From the NCBI GenBank assembly GCA_033763905.1, contig JANRJP010000029.1, positions 1-53,534 on the forward strand: DNA of 53,534 nt, given 5' to 3'. Both the position numbers and the translations under genes were made by a program. The notes beneath the pieces are model-generated. The model had not been told where the DNA came from. It ran no database searches and saw only the letters and a list, made by a program, of their open reading frames with translations. This document shows, one piece after another, positions 10,927 to 23,291 of the stretch (position 1 is its first letter; each line of letters begins with the position of its first letter). The stretch comes from Gemmatimonadaceae bacterium (lineage in GTDB: Bacteria; Gemmatimonadota; Gemmatimonadetes; Gemmatimonadales; Gemmatimonadaceae).

Positions 10927-11973
10927 TCAGGTCGTGAGGACGGACCAGTACTTCTCTTCGTCGTCGAGAATCTTGCCGGTGCCGCGCACCACGCAGGTCA
11001 GCGGATCCTCGTCAACGTGAATCGGCAGGCCGGTCTCCTGCGACAGCAGCACGTCGAGCCCGCGAATCAGCGCGCCGCCGCCGGTCATCACAATGCCACG
11101 ATCGACGATGTCGCTGGCGAGTTCCGGCGGCGTGATTTCGAGCGCGCGGCGCACCGCGTCGATGATCTGCTGCACCGGCTCCTGAATGGCCTCGCGAATC
11201 TCGCTCGAGTGCACGCGCACCACCTTGGGGATGCCCGAGACGAGATCGCGGCCCTTCACTTCCATCTCACGCTCGTCCCCGACCGGATACGCCGACCCGA
11301 TCTGGATCTTGATCTGCTCAGCGGTCGGTTCACCGATGAGCAGGTTGTAGTTCTTCCGCATGAACTGCACGATCGCCATATCGAGCTCGTCGCCGCCGGT
11401 GCGGATCGACGTGTCGCTGACGATGCCCGACAGCGCGATGACGGCGATCTCGGTCGTGCCACCACCGATGTCGATGACCATATTGCCGGTCGGCGTGTCG
11501 ACCGGCAGCCCGACGCCGATCGCGGCGGCCATCGGCTCGGCCACCATAAAGACTTCCTTCGCCCCGGCCCCGAGTGCCGAATCGCGCACCGCGCGCTTCT
11601 CGACTTCGGTGATGCCGGACGGCACACACACGATGACGCGCGGCTTCACCTTGAAGACGTGCTTGTCGATGATGAGCTCGAGGAAGTAGCGCAGCATCTT
11701 CTCGGTCACATCGAAGTCGGCGATCACGCCGTCCTTCATCGGCCGCACCGCAATCACGCCATCGGGTGTGCGACCGAGCATCCGCTTCGCTTCGAGGCCG
11801 ACGCCCTTGATCTTCTTCGTGTCGCGATCGATCGCCACGACACTCGGCTCGTTGAGCACGATGCCCTCGCCCTTCACATACACGAGCGTGTTCGCGGTGC
11901 CGAGATCGACGGCAATCGCGTTGGCAGGAAACAGCGAGTTCGCCTTGAGAAAGCTGGGCCAGCGAATCGGCAT
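10927..11973 (-). CDS. mreB: Actin-like rod shape protein MreB
   Basis: [30 protein letters not shown] at 11973 preferred, giving an amphipathic N-terminal [10 protein letters not shown]. Confidence 0.97.
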   Translation of the reverse strand: MPIRWPSFLKANSLFPANAIAVDLGTANTLVYVKGEGIVLNEPSVVAIDRDTKKIKGVGLEAKRMLGRTPDGVIAVRPMKDGVIADFDVTEKMLRYFLELIIDKHVFKVKPRVIVCVPSGITEVEKRAVRDSALGAGAKEVFMVAEPMAAAIGVGLPVDTPTGNMVIDIGGGTTEIAVIALSGIVSDTSIRTGGDELDMAIVQFMRKNYNLLIGEPTAEQIKIQIGSAYPVGDEREMEVKGRDLVSGIPKVVRVHSSEIREAIQEPVQQIIDAVRRALEITPPELASDIVDRGIVMTGGGALIRGLDVLLSQETGLPIHVDEDPLTCVVRGTGKILDDEEKYWSVLTT

Positions 11974-12036
11974 CGAGATCGGAGACAGGGCGACACCCAC
12001 GGCCACGTCTGTGACCGGGATGCTACAGAATCCCTG

Positions 12037-12066
12037 AAGTTACCGACTCGACGCGAAAGCGGGCAA
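12037..12066 (-). promoter_or_regulatory. Sigma70-like promoter for the mre operon
   Basis: TTGCCC-N18-TAACTT on the minus strand. Confidence 0.55.
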
Positions 12067-12085
12067 GCGGTTGTCGCGCAACGAC

Positions 12086-13222
12086 CTAGCGCGCGCCACC
12101 GGCGGTTGGGTCCAAGGCCGCGCGGACCGCGTCGAGGAGGGCCTGGAAGGTGAACGGCTTGCGGAGCAGCGGCCCGAAATCCTCGCCACGCTGCCGCGCC
12201 TCGATGGCCGCCGCCGGGAATCCGCTCATCGTCAGCACTTTGAGCCCCGGCCGCAGTTTCTGGAGGCGGCGGGCCACTTCGTAGCCGTCGATGTCCGGCA
12301 TCGCGACGTCGGTGACCAGTAGGTGGATCTCCCCACGGTGCGACGCGGCGAACTCGAGGGCTTCTTCGCCCCCCGTCACCGCGCGGACGTGATAGCCCGC
12401 CCGCTTGAGGACGCGCGCGGTCACCGCCCGAACGCCGTCATCGTCATCGAGCACGAGGATCGTCTCCCCCGCGCCCGAGTGCTCCCCAGTGACGTACGCC
12501 GCCGCCGCCGATACCTCCTCGGCGGCGGGCAGCCACAGCTCCGCCACCGTGCCGCCGGGACCCGTGTGCGCGATGCGCGCCACGCCGCCGTGCTGGCGCG
12601 CGATCGAGGCCACGACGGGCAACCCGAGACCGCCGCCGCGCTCTGCCGCCGAGAAGGGCTCGAACACCTTGTCGAGATCGGACAGCGGAATGCCGACCCC
12701 GGTATCCGTCACCACGATCGCCACGCCCTTGCGGGTGCGGGGCGGCGGAGCGGACTTGCCCTCCTCGACCGTCAAACGGATGACGCCGCCAAAGGGCATC
12801 GCGTCGCGCGAGTTCGTGAGCAGTTCGCCCACCGCGTCGATCAGCTCGGTCTCGTCGCCGTTGACGAGCACTGGATTCCCCGGCAGCTCGAGCTGGAGCT
12901 GGTGTGACGCGCCCAGCAGCGTGCGCCAGTTCGGCTCGGCCGCCCGGAGGGAGGCCGTCAGATCCACCGGCCCCGCCACCACGAGCGACGGCCGAGCGAG
13001 CGTCTCGAGTCGCTCCAGGAACACCGCGACGCGGTCCACGGCGGCCCGAACGGACTTGGCGATCTCGCGATGGTCATCGGCGGTCGGTGCCGGCTCCGCG
13101 AGCAGGTCGGCGTTCGCGCCGATCGCCGTCACAAGGTCGTTCAGCGTGTGCGCAATGCCCGCCGCCATCCGGCGGATGGCCTCCTGGGCCAGCAGCTGGG
13201 CATCGCGCTCGCGGAGCGTCAT
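12086..13222 (-). CDS. Sensorless CckA-like hybrid histidine kinase/receiver protein
   Basis: H-box [10 protein letters not shown]-box TNSRDAMP, G1 DTGVGI, G2 GGGLGL, receiver LDDD..TDVAMP..MSG..KPF; ATGA overlap with the dut stop. Confidence 0.85.
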   Translation of the reverse strand: MTLRERDAQLLAQEAIRRMAAGIAHTLNDLVTAIGANADLLAEPAPTADDHREIAKSVRAAVDRVAVFLERLETLARPSLVVAGPVDLTASLRAAEPNWRTLLGASHQLQLELPGNPVLVNGDETELIDAVGELLTNSRDAMPFGGVIRLTVEEGKSAPPPRTRKGVAIVVTDTGVGIPLSDLDKVFEPFSAAERGGGLGLPVVASIARQHGGVARIAHTGPGGTVAELWLPAAEEVSAAAAYVTGEHSGAGETILVLDDDDGVRAVTARVLKRAGYHVRAVTGGEEALEFAASHRGEIHLLVTDVAMPDIDGYEVARRLQKLRPGLKVLTMSGFPAAAIEARQRGEDFGPLLRKPFTFQALLDAVRAALDPTAGGAR

Positions 13223-13662
13223 CGGCCGGTGGACCCGAAACCGCCGGCCCCACGCGCGGTGTCGTCGAGGGACGCCACTTCGCTGAGCACGGGCGCCTCG
13301 TAGCGGGCGAACACGAGTTGTGCGATGCGCTCGCCGCGCGCGATGGGCACCGGTTGACTCCCGCCGTTCTGGAGAATGACGCGCAGCTCGCCGCGATAGT
13401 CGCTGTCGATCGTCCCCGGCGCGTTGGGAATCGTGATCCCATAGCGCATCGCCAGCCCGCTTCGCGGGCGCACCTGCATCTCCCATCCCGCCGGAATGGC
13501 GAAGGCCAAGCCGGTGCCCACCAGACGACGCTCGCCGGGCGCCAGCACAAAGTCCGGGTCGGCCGATCGGACGTCGTAGCCCGCGGCGCCTTCCGTCGCG
13601 CGCTCCGGCAACGGCAAGTCCGGATTGCTTGGCAAACGCGAAATCGGGACGCCGACGCTCAC
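13219..13662 (-). CDS. dut: dUTP diphosphatase
   Basis: [37 protein letters not shown]. Confidence 0.96.
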   Translation of the reverse strand: MSVGVPISRLPSNPDLPLPERATEGAAGYDVRSADPDFVLAPGERRLVGTGLAFAIPAGWEMQVRPRSGLAMRYGITIPNAPGTIDSDYRGELRVILQNGGSQPVPIARGERIAQLVFARYEAPVLSEVASLDDTARGAGGFGSTGR

Positions 13663-13714
13663 GTCAGCCTCCCGATTCTCACCTGCGGCGCAACGGCGCC
13701 CGAGACGCGCGGGC

Positions 13715-13894
13715 TCAGCGTCGGGTGCGCACGTCCTTCGGCTCGTCCCAGCCGTGCCACAGCGGCGCCAAGCTGAGCGACAGCAGCATCGCGAGGGTCG
13801 CGGTCGCCAACCCACGCCACGCGTGCCCAGCGCTCGCTTCCGCCAGGAACACCGTCCACCACGTCAACCCGCAGCCGATCGAGTAGGCGCTCAT
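13715..13894 (-). CDS. Small (59 aa) putative two-helix membrane protein, absent from the ORF track
   Basis: [65 protein letters not shown] 4 nt before the ATG; fills the ald-dut gap. Confidence 0.6.
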   Translation of the reverse strand: MSAYSIGCGLTWWTVFLAEASAGHAWRGLATATLAMLLSLSLAPLWHGWDEPKDVRTRR

Positions 13895-14017
13895 AGGGTC
13901 CTCTGATCCATACTAGCGAGCATCGGCCGGTGATGGTTCCAGATTGAGCGTTGCGTTCACCGCAACACGCCTTCGGGTTCCATTCGGTCGCTGCCGACCG
14001 TGACGTGCCCCCCACCA

Positions 14018-15133
14018 TCACGCGAGCACGGCCTCGGCGTCCACCAACGGTAGCTCAAAGGCCTCGGCGACGCCCGGGTAGGTCACCTGCCCCTGCACCA
14101 CGTTGAGCCCCTTCCGGAGCGCCCCATCGGCGCGGCAGGCGGCCTTCCAGCCCTTGTTCGCGAGCTTGAGCGCGTAGGGGAACGTCGCGTTGGTGAGCGC
14201 GAGGGTGGAGGTGCGCGGCACGGCCCCCGGCATATTCGCGACGCCGTAGTGGATGATCTCGTCGATGACGTACGTGGGGTTCTCGTGGGTCGTCGGCTTG
14301 ATCGTCTCCACGCAGCCCCCCTGGTCCACCGCCACATCGACGATCACCGAGCCCGCGCGCATCCGCTTCAAGTCGTCGCGACGAATCAGCTTCGGCGCCT
14401 TGGCGCCCGGGACCAGCACGCCACCGATCACGAGGTCGGCGGTGCTGATCTGCTCGAGAATGTTGTGCCGATTGCTGTAGATCAGCGTGACGTTTGCCGG
14501 CATCACATCGCTGAGGTAGCGTAGGCGCTCCAGCGACAGATCGAGAATGGTGACCTTCGCGCCGAGGCCGGCGGCCATCTTCGCCGCGTTGATCCCCACG
14601 ACACCACCCCCCAGAATCACCACCTTGCCGGGCGGTACGCCGGGCACGCCGCCGAGCAACACGCCGCGACCGCCGAAGAGCTTCTCGAGATACTTGGCAC
14701 CCTCGTGGACGGCCATTCGGCCAGCGACTTCGCTCATCGGCGTCAGCAAGGGCAGTTCGCGCGACGGCAACTCGACCGTCTCGTACGCGATGCAGACCGC
14801 GCCGCTCTGGAGGTGGGCATCGGTGAGCCGACGATCCGCTGCGAAGTGGAAGTAGGTGAACAGGAGCTGATCCTTGCGGATGCGCGGCCACTCGACCTCG
14901 ATCGGCTCCTTCACCTTCATGATCATTTCCGCCTCGCGCCACACCGTGTCGGCGTCGGGCGCGATCGTCGCGCCGACTTCCGCGTACTGCGCGTCGGTGA
15001 AGCCCGAGCCGAGGCCGGCCCCGGTCTCGATGGCCACCGAATGGCCGGCGGCGACCAGTGCCTCGGCACCGGCCGGGACGAGGGCGACGCGATTCTCGTT
15101 AGTCTTGATTTCCTTCGGGACGCCGATCTTCAT
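14018..15133 (-). CDS. ald: Alanine dehydrogenase
   Basis: [50 protein letters not shown]. Confidence 0.97.
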   Translation of the reverse strand: MKIGVPKEIKTNENRVALVPAGAEALVAAGHSVAIETGAGLGSGFTDAQYAEVGATIAPDADTVWREAEMIMKVKEPIEVEWPRIRKDQLLFTYFHFAADRRLTDAHLQSGAVCIAYETVELPSRELPLLTPMSEVAGRMAVHEGAKYLEKLFGGRGVLLGGVPGVPPGKVVILGGGVVGINAAKMAAGLGAKVTILDLSLERLRYLSDVMPANVTLIYSNRHNILEQISTADLVIGGVLVPGAKAPKLIRRDDLKRMRAGSVIVDVAVDQGGCVETIKPTTHENPTYVIDEIIHYGVANMPGAVPRTSTLALTNATFPYALKLANKGWKAACRADGALRKGLNVVQGQVTYPGVAEAFELPLVDAEAVLA

Positions 15134-15167
15134 CGATCGCTCGTGTGGGTAGGAGGAAGAGCCACGG

Positions 15168-16444
15168 CTAGAAGCTACCGCCCGGACCGAGACTCAGCAC
15201 GGTCTGACAATCGGGCGCGAAATAGCGTGCGCAGACGGCGCGCACGTGGTCAGGGGTCAGGGCGTCGATCTCCGCCAAGACAGCGTCGATCGGGCGATAC
15301 GCGGCCGCATACAGCTCCGAGGCGGCGGCGCGGTGCATACGCGCCGACGGCCCCTCGAGACTGAGCGTGACCTGCCCCTTGAGCTGCCGCTTGCCCGCGA
15401 CCAGCTCGTCATCGGGGATGCCCTCGGTCGCCAGCCGCGCCAGCTCATCGCGCACGACCTGTTCGGCCGTCACCGCCTTCTTCGGCGACGCCGACAGGAA
15501 GACGCCGTGCATCCCCGCCTGCTGGTGGAACTCGGTAAACGAGCTGACGCTGTAGGCCAGCGCTAATTCTTCGCGCACCTTCTGGAAGAGTCGCGAGCTC
15601 ATCCCGTCGCCGAGCAACATCGACACGAGCGTGATCGCAAAGCGATCGGGATGGGCGTAATGCACGCTCGGCGCGCCGAAGACGAGCTGGGTCTGCGTGC
15701 CCTTCCGTTCGACGTGCCGCCGTACCGGCGGCGGAATCACTGGGATCGCCGGCGCGGCGAGCGGCGCGGCGTCCCGCGCGGGCTCCGCCGCCCAGCCGGT
15801 GCGGTCCAGCGCCGCAAGCAATTGCTCGTGGGTGACGTTCCCGGCCGCCGCCACCACCATCAGGCCGGGGTGATAGGCGCGGGCGTGCAGACGCTGCACC
15901 GCCGAAACGTCGAGGGCCCCAACCGTCTCGCGCGTGCCCAGAATCGACCAGCCGTAGGGATGCGCGCCCCACAACTGCGCGTTGTGCAGCTCCTGCACGA
16001 GATCTTCCGGGGTGTCTTCCATCTCGGCGATCTCCTCGAGGATCACGCCGCGTTCCAGCTCCCAGTCTTCGCGACGGAGCAAGGGACGGAAGACCAGATC
16101 GCCAACGACGTCCGCGGCGATATCGAGATGCTCGTCGAGCACACGCGCTTGATACGCGGTGTGATCGCGCGACGTGTACGCATCGAGCGACCCACCGAGC
16201 GTCTCGAGCGCGAACGACAGATCGCGCGGCGACCGCGTTGGCGTGCCCTTGAAGACCAGATGCTCGAGCACGTGCGACACGCCCTGCTCGGCTGGCGCCT
16301 CGTGGATCGTCGCCGCCTTGACCCACGCCCCGAATGCAACCGACCGTACTCCCGGTACGTGCTCCGAGAGTACGGTCAGTCCATTGGGCAGGACGGTCCG
16401 GTGCAGCCCTGCATCGAGGGCTGCCCCGGAGTCAGCGCGCCGAA

Positions 16445-16448
<4 letters not shown>
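15168..16448 (-). CDS. M16 (pitrilysin/MPP-like) zinc peptidase; start uncertain, probably non-canonical CTG
   Basis: HVLEH (HxxEH), LPNGLTV N-terminal strand, GMSSRLFQKVREE.ALAY; frame open from the pnp stop. Confidence 0.88.
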
Positions 16449-18652
<2,204 letters not shown>

Positions 18653-18677
18653 GTGCGTGTGTGGCGGAAAGGCGAAA

Positions 18678-18710
18678 CGCGCGGATGCCGAACCCATCGG
18701 CAGCCGCGCG
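18678..18710 (-). terminator. GC-rich hairpin between rpsO and pnp (terminator and/or processing stem)
   Basis: CGCGCGG-C-TGCCGA / TCGGCA-T-CCGCGCG followed by TTTCGCCTTT on the minus strand. Confidence 0.6.
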
Positions 18711-18729
18711 CGAACGCAACGTCAGAATG

Positions 18730-18972
18730 TCAGTAGCGAAGGCCAAGATCCTGAATGACCTGGCGGTACCCGGTAACATCGGTCCGCTTGAGGTAATCCA
18801 GGAGGCGGCGGCGCTTGCCCACCATCTTGAGGAGACCGCGCCGGCCGTGGTGATCCTTGGCGTGGGTGCGGAAGTGCTCCGTCAGGTAGTTGATGCGGCC
18901 GGTGAGGGCGGCAATCTGAACCTTGGTGGAGCCGGTGTCGGTCTCGTGCAGCTGGTACGTGGCGTTGGACAT
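18730..18972 (-). CDS. rpsO: 30S ribosomal protein S15
   Basis: [43 protein letters not shown]. Confidence 0.97.
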   Translation of the reverse strand: MSNATYQLHETDTGSTKVQIAALTGRINYLTEHFRTHAKDHHGRRGLLKMVGKRRRLLDYLKRTDVTGYRQVIQDLGLRY

Positions 18973-19033
18973 CTGGTGCGTCTCATCTGGCCGGCGGTCG
19001 CCGGCGGGGAACGAAGAAACTCGTAAGCCCTTG

Positions 19034-19062
19034 AAAGTACGCACGTTGCGGAGGGTTTGCAA
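19034..19062 (-). promoter_or_regulatory. Sigma70 promoter of rpsO-pnp
   Basis: TTGCAA-N17-TACTTT. Confidence 0.75.
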
Positions 19063-19080
19063 GGGGTGCTGTTCAAGCGT

Positions 19081-19139
19081 GGGACTGGAGGGCACGGAGG
19101 TACGGAGGGGCACGGAGCCTCCGTTCCTCCGTGTCCTCC
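19081..19139. repeat. GGAGG-rich dispersed repeat, copy 1, followed by an inverted arm (22-bp hairpin)
   Basis: 19081-19117 matches 40817-40853 at 34/37; 19118-19139 is complementary to 19087-19108 at 20/22. Confidence 0.8.
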
Positions 19140-19193
19140 TCCCCCGCTCTTCCGAAGCTAGAACTCCCGCGCTCACCTAGACCTGAGAGCGCC

Positions 19194-20375
19194 TCACCGC
19201 CCGAACAGCGCCATCACGTCGTTCAGCATCACGAGGACGAACAGCAGCCCCACCATCGCGATCCCCACCCGAGCGAACAGCTCGCGCGCCCGGTCGCTGA
19301 ACGGTCGGCCGCGGATGCCCTCCCCGATCGCCATCACGATCTGCCCACCATCCAGCAGCGGGATCGGGAGCAGATTGAGAATCGCGATGTTGATCGACAA
19401 GAAGGCAATCAGCGCGAACAGCTGCTCGACGCCGGACTTCGCCGCGGCCACCGACGTTCGCGCGATCGCAATCGGTCCGCCGAGCTGCTTCACCGAGACG
19501 CCGCCGGTGGCGAGGCCGCGGAGCACCTTCACCACCGAGCCCGCCATCCCCCACGTGGCCTTGGTGCCGGCGACGATCGACTCGCCGAGCCCAAGCTGTT
19601 CCCGCTGCGGCGTCGCAACGGGGGCCGCGCCGATCTTCCCCAACGTGACCTTCATCCCCGTCGCGGGATCATCCGTCTCGGTCGGTTCCGGCCGCACGCG
19701 AATCGCGACCGCCGCCCCGGCCCGACGCACATCCAGCGTCAGCGTGTCGCCGGCGGACGCCCCGACGCGCTCCAGGAGTTCGCCCCAGGTCCGAATCGCG
19801 GTGCCGTTGACCGCCACCACACTGTCTCCGGCCTGCAGCCCCGCCGCCGCCGCCGGCCGGTTCGGCAGCACTTCGCCGATCTTCGCCGCGAGATAGCTGC
19901 GCCCGTAGATCGCGAACACGCCGCTCGCGACGACGATCGCCAACACCACGTTCATCAGGACGCCCGCACTCATCACCAGCAGACGCTGCGGAATCGTCTT
20001 GGACTCGATCCAGCGCGACTCGGGCACCCGACGCGGCCCGAAGGGCGCCATCGCATTGGGATCCCACGGGATGGGCGCGAACCCGCGGCGCGGCCCTTCG
20101 GCGTCAGGCGACGTATCGGTCGGCGCGTTGCCGCCCCCCTCGAGGGTGGCCATCATCTCGTCTTCCTTCGACGCCATCGACACGTAGCCGCCGATCGGGA
20201 ACCAGCTCAGGCGATACTCGGTCTCTCCGATCTTCTTGCCCCACAGCCGCGAGCCCCAGCCGATCGAAAACACCGGCGCATACACGCCGACGAACTTCGC
20301 GGCAAGAAAATGCCCCAGCTCGTGGATGAACACCACGAGACCGAAGACCAGTAGCGGAGCGAACCAAGTCAGCAT
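19194..20375 (-). CDS. rseP: RIP metalloprotease RseP
   Basis: HELGH, PIGGYV, PDZ domain, NLLPIPLLDGG. Confidence 0.95.
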   Translation of the reverse strand: MLTWFAPLLVFGLVVFIHELGHFLAAKFVGVYAPVFSIGWGSRLWGKKIGETEYRLSWFPIGGYVSMASKEDEMMATLEGGGNAPTDTSPDAEGPRRGFAPIPWDPNAMAPFGPRRVPESRWIESKTIPQRLLVMSAGVLMNVVLAIVVASGVFAIYGRSYLAAKIGEVLPNRPAAAAGLQAGDSVVAVNGTAIRTWGELLERVGASAGDTLTLDVRRAGAAVAIRVRPEPTETDDPATGMKVTLGKIGAAPVATPQREQLGLGESIVAGTKATWGMAGSVVKVLRGLATGGVSVKQLGGPIAIARTSVAAAKSGVEQLFALIAFLSINIAILNLLPIPLLDGGQIVMAIGEGIRGRPFSDRARELFARVGIAMVGLLFVLVMLNDVMALFGR

Positions 20376-20444
20376 GCTGTCAACCTAAGCACGGAAGCGC
20401 AGTGGAGCCGCGCGTGAAACGGACCACGGCGCGCGGCGTGGGTC

Positions 20445-21650
20445 TTATAGCGTGACGACGGGTCGCCAGTTCCGCACGAAGTCGCGTGCCGACGCATCGA
20501 GCGCGCCGAGGGCCTCACGCGTCGTCGCCGACGTATCGCCCAGCGCCGCCAGCGCCGCCTCGATGGCCGCCGGGATGTCGACGAACCCCAGCGACCCGGC
20601 GAGGAATCGTGCGACGGCTTCCTCGTTGGCCGCGTTGAACACGGCCGGTGCCCCGCCCCCCTGGCGGCCGGCGGCGATGCCGAGGCCGAGCGTGGGGAAG
20701 GCGTCGTGCCGCACCGCCTCGAAGGTCAGCGACGCGGACGCGACCGGATTGAACGGCGGAAGCCCCTGATCCGGCACGCGCGACGGATGGGTCAGCGCGT
20801 ACAAGATCGGAATCTCCATCGTCGGCTGTCCCATCTGCGCGAGCACGGAGCCGTCGACGAACTCGACGAACGAGTGGATGATGCTCTGCGGATGCACCAC
20901 GACTTCGATCCGGTCGAACGGAATCCCGAACAGGACGTGCGCCTCGATCACTTCGAGCGCCTTGTTCGCCAGCGTGGCGCTGTCGACCGTGATCTTGCGC
21001 CCCATCGACCAGGTCGGGTGCTTGAGTGCGTCCTCGAGCCGCGCCGAGCGAATGCGCGCGGTCTCCCACGTCCGGAACGGGCCGCCGCTCGCGGTGAGAA
21101 TCAGGCGCCGAACCTCCTGCTGCGGCCGACCCGCAATGCACTGCAAGATGGCCGAGTGCTCGCTGTCGACGGGCACCAGCTCGCCCCCCCCGCGGCGGGC
21201 GGCCTCGAGCACCAGCGGCCCACCGACCACCAGCGATTCCTTGTTCGCGAGCGCCACGCGCTTGCCCGCTTCGAGCGCCGCCAGTGTCGCGTCGAGGCCG
21301 GCGGCGCCGACCACGGCGTTGAGCACGATGTCGGCGCCCGGTCGCGTCGCCGCGTCGACCAGCGCCTGCGGCCCCGTCGCCCACGAGGGGTCGACCGCGC
21401 CGCTGGCCTGCGCGGGATCGACCAGCCCGACGAACGCCGGCCGCATCGCATCGACTTGCGCGCGCAGCAGCGTCGCATTGGCGTGGGCCGTCAGCGCCTC
21501 GACACGAAACTGCCCCTGTTGACGCGCCAGCACCGCGAGCGTCGAGGTGCCGATCGAGCCGGTGGAGCCGAGAATCGATACGCCGCGCCGCGGCGCGTCG
21601 GATTCCGTGGCGTCGCCAGGCGCGGGCGCCGTCACCGCGCGCGCGCTCAC
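20445..21650 (-). CDS. dxr: 1-deoxy-D-xylulose-5-phosphate reductoisomerase
   Basis: LGSTGSIG, LANKESLV, PVDSEHSAI, HPTWSMGRKITVDSAT, NAANE. Confidence 0.97.
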   Translation of the reverse strand: MSARAVTAPAPGDATESDAPRRGVSILGSTGSIGTSTLAVLARQQGQFRVEALTAHANATLLRAQVDAMRPAFVGLVDPAQASGAVDPSWATGPQALVDAATRPGADIVLNAVVGAAGLDATLAALEAGKRVALANKESLVVGGPLVLEAARRGGGELVPVDSEHSAILQCIAGRPQQEVRRLILTASGGPFRTWETARIRSARLEDALKHPTWSMGRKITVDSATLANKALEVIEAHVLFGIPFDRIEVVVHPQSIIHSFVEFVDGSVLAQMGQPTMEIPILYALTHPSRVPDQGLPPFNPVASASLTFEAVRHDAFPTLGLGIAAGRQGGGAPAVFNAANEEAVARFLAGSLGFVDIPAAIEAALAALGDTSATTREALGALDASARDFVRNWRPVVTL

Positions 21651-22513
21651 GGCAGTGGGGCCGGCTTGAGCAGGCCGGGCAGGAGCAAGTAGGCCACCGG
21701 GAGCGCGAAGATGATCGAGTCGAGGCGATCGAGGACGCCCCCGTGCCCCGGTAGAATCTGCGACGCGTCCTTCACGCCAACTTCGCGCTTGATCAGCGAC
21801 TCCGCGAGATCGCCGAGCTGCGCCGCGACCGACACACACACCGCGAACAGCATTGTGCCGCTCGGCGTCATCGTGAGCTGCGCCGCGGGGCGCAAGACGT
21901 ACTGCAGATACAACCAGGCCATCACCCCGGCGACGAGCATCCCGCCAACGGCGCCGGAGATCGTCTTGTTCGGGCTGATGTTACGGGCCAACTTCGGCCC
22001 GCCAATGACGCGACCGGCGATGTACGCGCCAGTGTCCGTCGACCAGACGAGCCAGACCGGCAGAATCACCAGCGCGGTACCAGCCACCGCGCCTTGCGCA
22101 TACGGGTAGTACCGAATGGCATAGCCGAACGCGAGGGTCGCCCCGCAGTAGAACACGCCGAACAGCGTCAATGCGGCGGCGTTCAACGGCCGTTGCTCCA
22201 GCGAGCGCCGGAACATCGCGATCGTCAGCAGCAGCAGGGCGCCGACCGTCACGCCGCTGACCGGCGCGTACAGAATGCCTTCGCTATGCAGAAACGTCGC
22301 GAACGGGACCCAAGCTGTCAGCGGCACACCAACCACGGCGAGCGGATGCCCGCCGCCAGCCTTGGCCATCCGGTAGAACTCCCACGCGGCAATCCCAGCG
22401 CCAAGCGACAGATAGAGCGCCAAGACCACGCCCCCGAAGTACACGGCCACGATCGTCAGCGGCGCGAGGACCAGGCCGGTGAGGATGCGCTTCGTCAGTT
22501 CCGGCAGCGCCAT
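21647..22513 (-). CDS. cdsA: Phosphatidate cytidylyltransferase
   Basis: DTGAY..G, ISPNKT, GDLAES.IKR..GVKD..LPGHGGVLDRLD. Confidence 0.96.
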   Translation of the reverse strand: MALPELTKRILTGLVLAPLTIVAVYFGGVVLALYLSLGAGIAAWEFYRMAKAGGGHPLAVVGVPLTAWVPFATFLHSEGILYAPVSGVTVGALLLLTIAMFRRSLEQRPLNAAALTLFGVFYCGATLAFGYAIRYYPYAQGAVAGTALVILPVWLVWSTDTGAYIAGRVIGGPKLARNISPNKTISGAVGGMLVAGVMAWLYLQYVLRPAAQLTMTPSGTMLFAVCVSVAAQLGDLAESLIKREVGVKDASQILPGHGGVLDRLDSIIFALPVAYLLLPGLLKPAPLP

Positions 22514-23283
22514 CAGGAACGGACTCGGCCGTACCGGCGGTCGCGGCGCGCGAAATCCGCGAGCGCCCCCCGGAGCTCGTCGCGACCGAAGTCAGGCCAG
22601 AGGACCGGAGAGATGAAGAGTTCGGCGTAGGCCACTTGCCAGAGGAGGAAGTTGGACAGCCGCTGCTCACCGGAGGTCCGGATCAGCAGATCGGGATCGG
22701 GGCAGTCGGCGGTAAAGAGTCGAGCGGCGAATGCGGTTTCGTCGATCGCCGCAACCGACAAGCGACCGTCGGCCACATCCTGCGCGAGCGCACGGGCCGC
22801 CGCGGTCAACTCGGCGCGCGCGCCGTACGAGATGAACAGGTTCAGCCGCAGCTTGTCCCCGCCCGAGGTCGCCGCTTCGACCCGCTCCACCGCCGCAAGT
22901 GCCGATGGCACGAGCCGGCTGCGGTCACCGATGATGCGGACCCGCACCTGCTTGTCGGCGAGATTGCGGGTTTCGCGATCGATGTACTCCTCGAGCAGCA
23001 GCATCAGCGCACGCACTTCCAGCGCGGGCCGCTGCCAGTTCTCCTGACTGAACGCGAAGAGGGACAAGACCTCGAGGCCAGCGTCGAGCGACGCCTCGAC
23101 GACCGCGCGCACGGCGGACATCCCCGCTTGGTGGCCGGCCGGCCGCGGCAAATGCCGTTGCCGCGCCCACCGGCCGTTCCCGTCCATAATGATCGCGACG
23201 TGACGCGGCACCGCCCCCGAGGCGCGCAGCGCGTCGAGGGTAGGGGCGTCGGCGACGCCGGTGGAGACGACCGGTGCCGCCAC
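22513..23283 (-). CDS. uppS: Undecaprenyl diphosphate synthase
   Basis: HVAIIMDGNGRWA, FSQENW.RP, DPDLLIRTSGEQRLSNFLLWQ. Confidence 0.97.
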   Translation of the reverse strand: MAAPVVSTGVADAPTLDALRASGAVPRHVAIIMDGNGRWARQRHLPRPAGHQAGMSAVRAVVEASLDAGLEVLSLFAFSQENWQRPALEVRALMLLLEEYIDRETRNLADKQVRVRIIGDRSRLVPSALAAVERVEAATSGGDKLRLNLFISYGARAELTAAARALAQDVADGRLSVAAIDETAFAARLFTADCPDPDLLIRTSGEQRLSNFLLWQVAYAELFISPVLWPDFGRDELRGALADFARRDRRYGRVRS

Positions 23284-23291
23284 GAGTGGTC

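Noticed and set aside
19081..19139. Possible mini-CRISPR from the repeated CGGAGG units
   Set aside because: Units are 8-9 nt with no unique spacers, and there are no cas genes.
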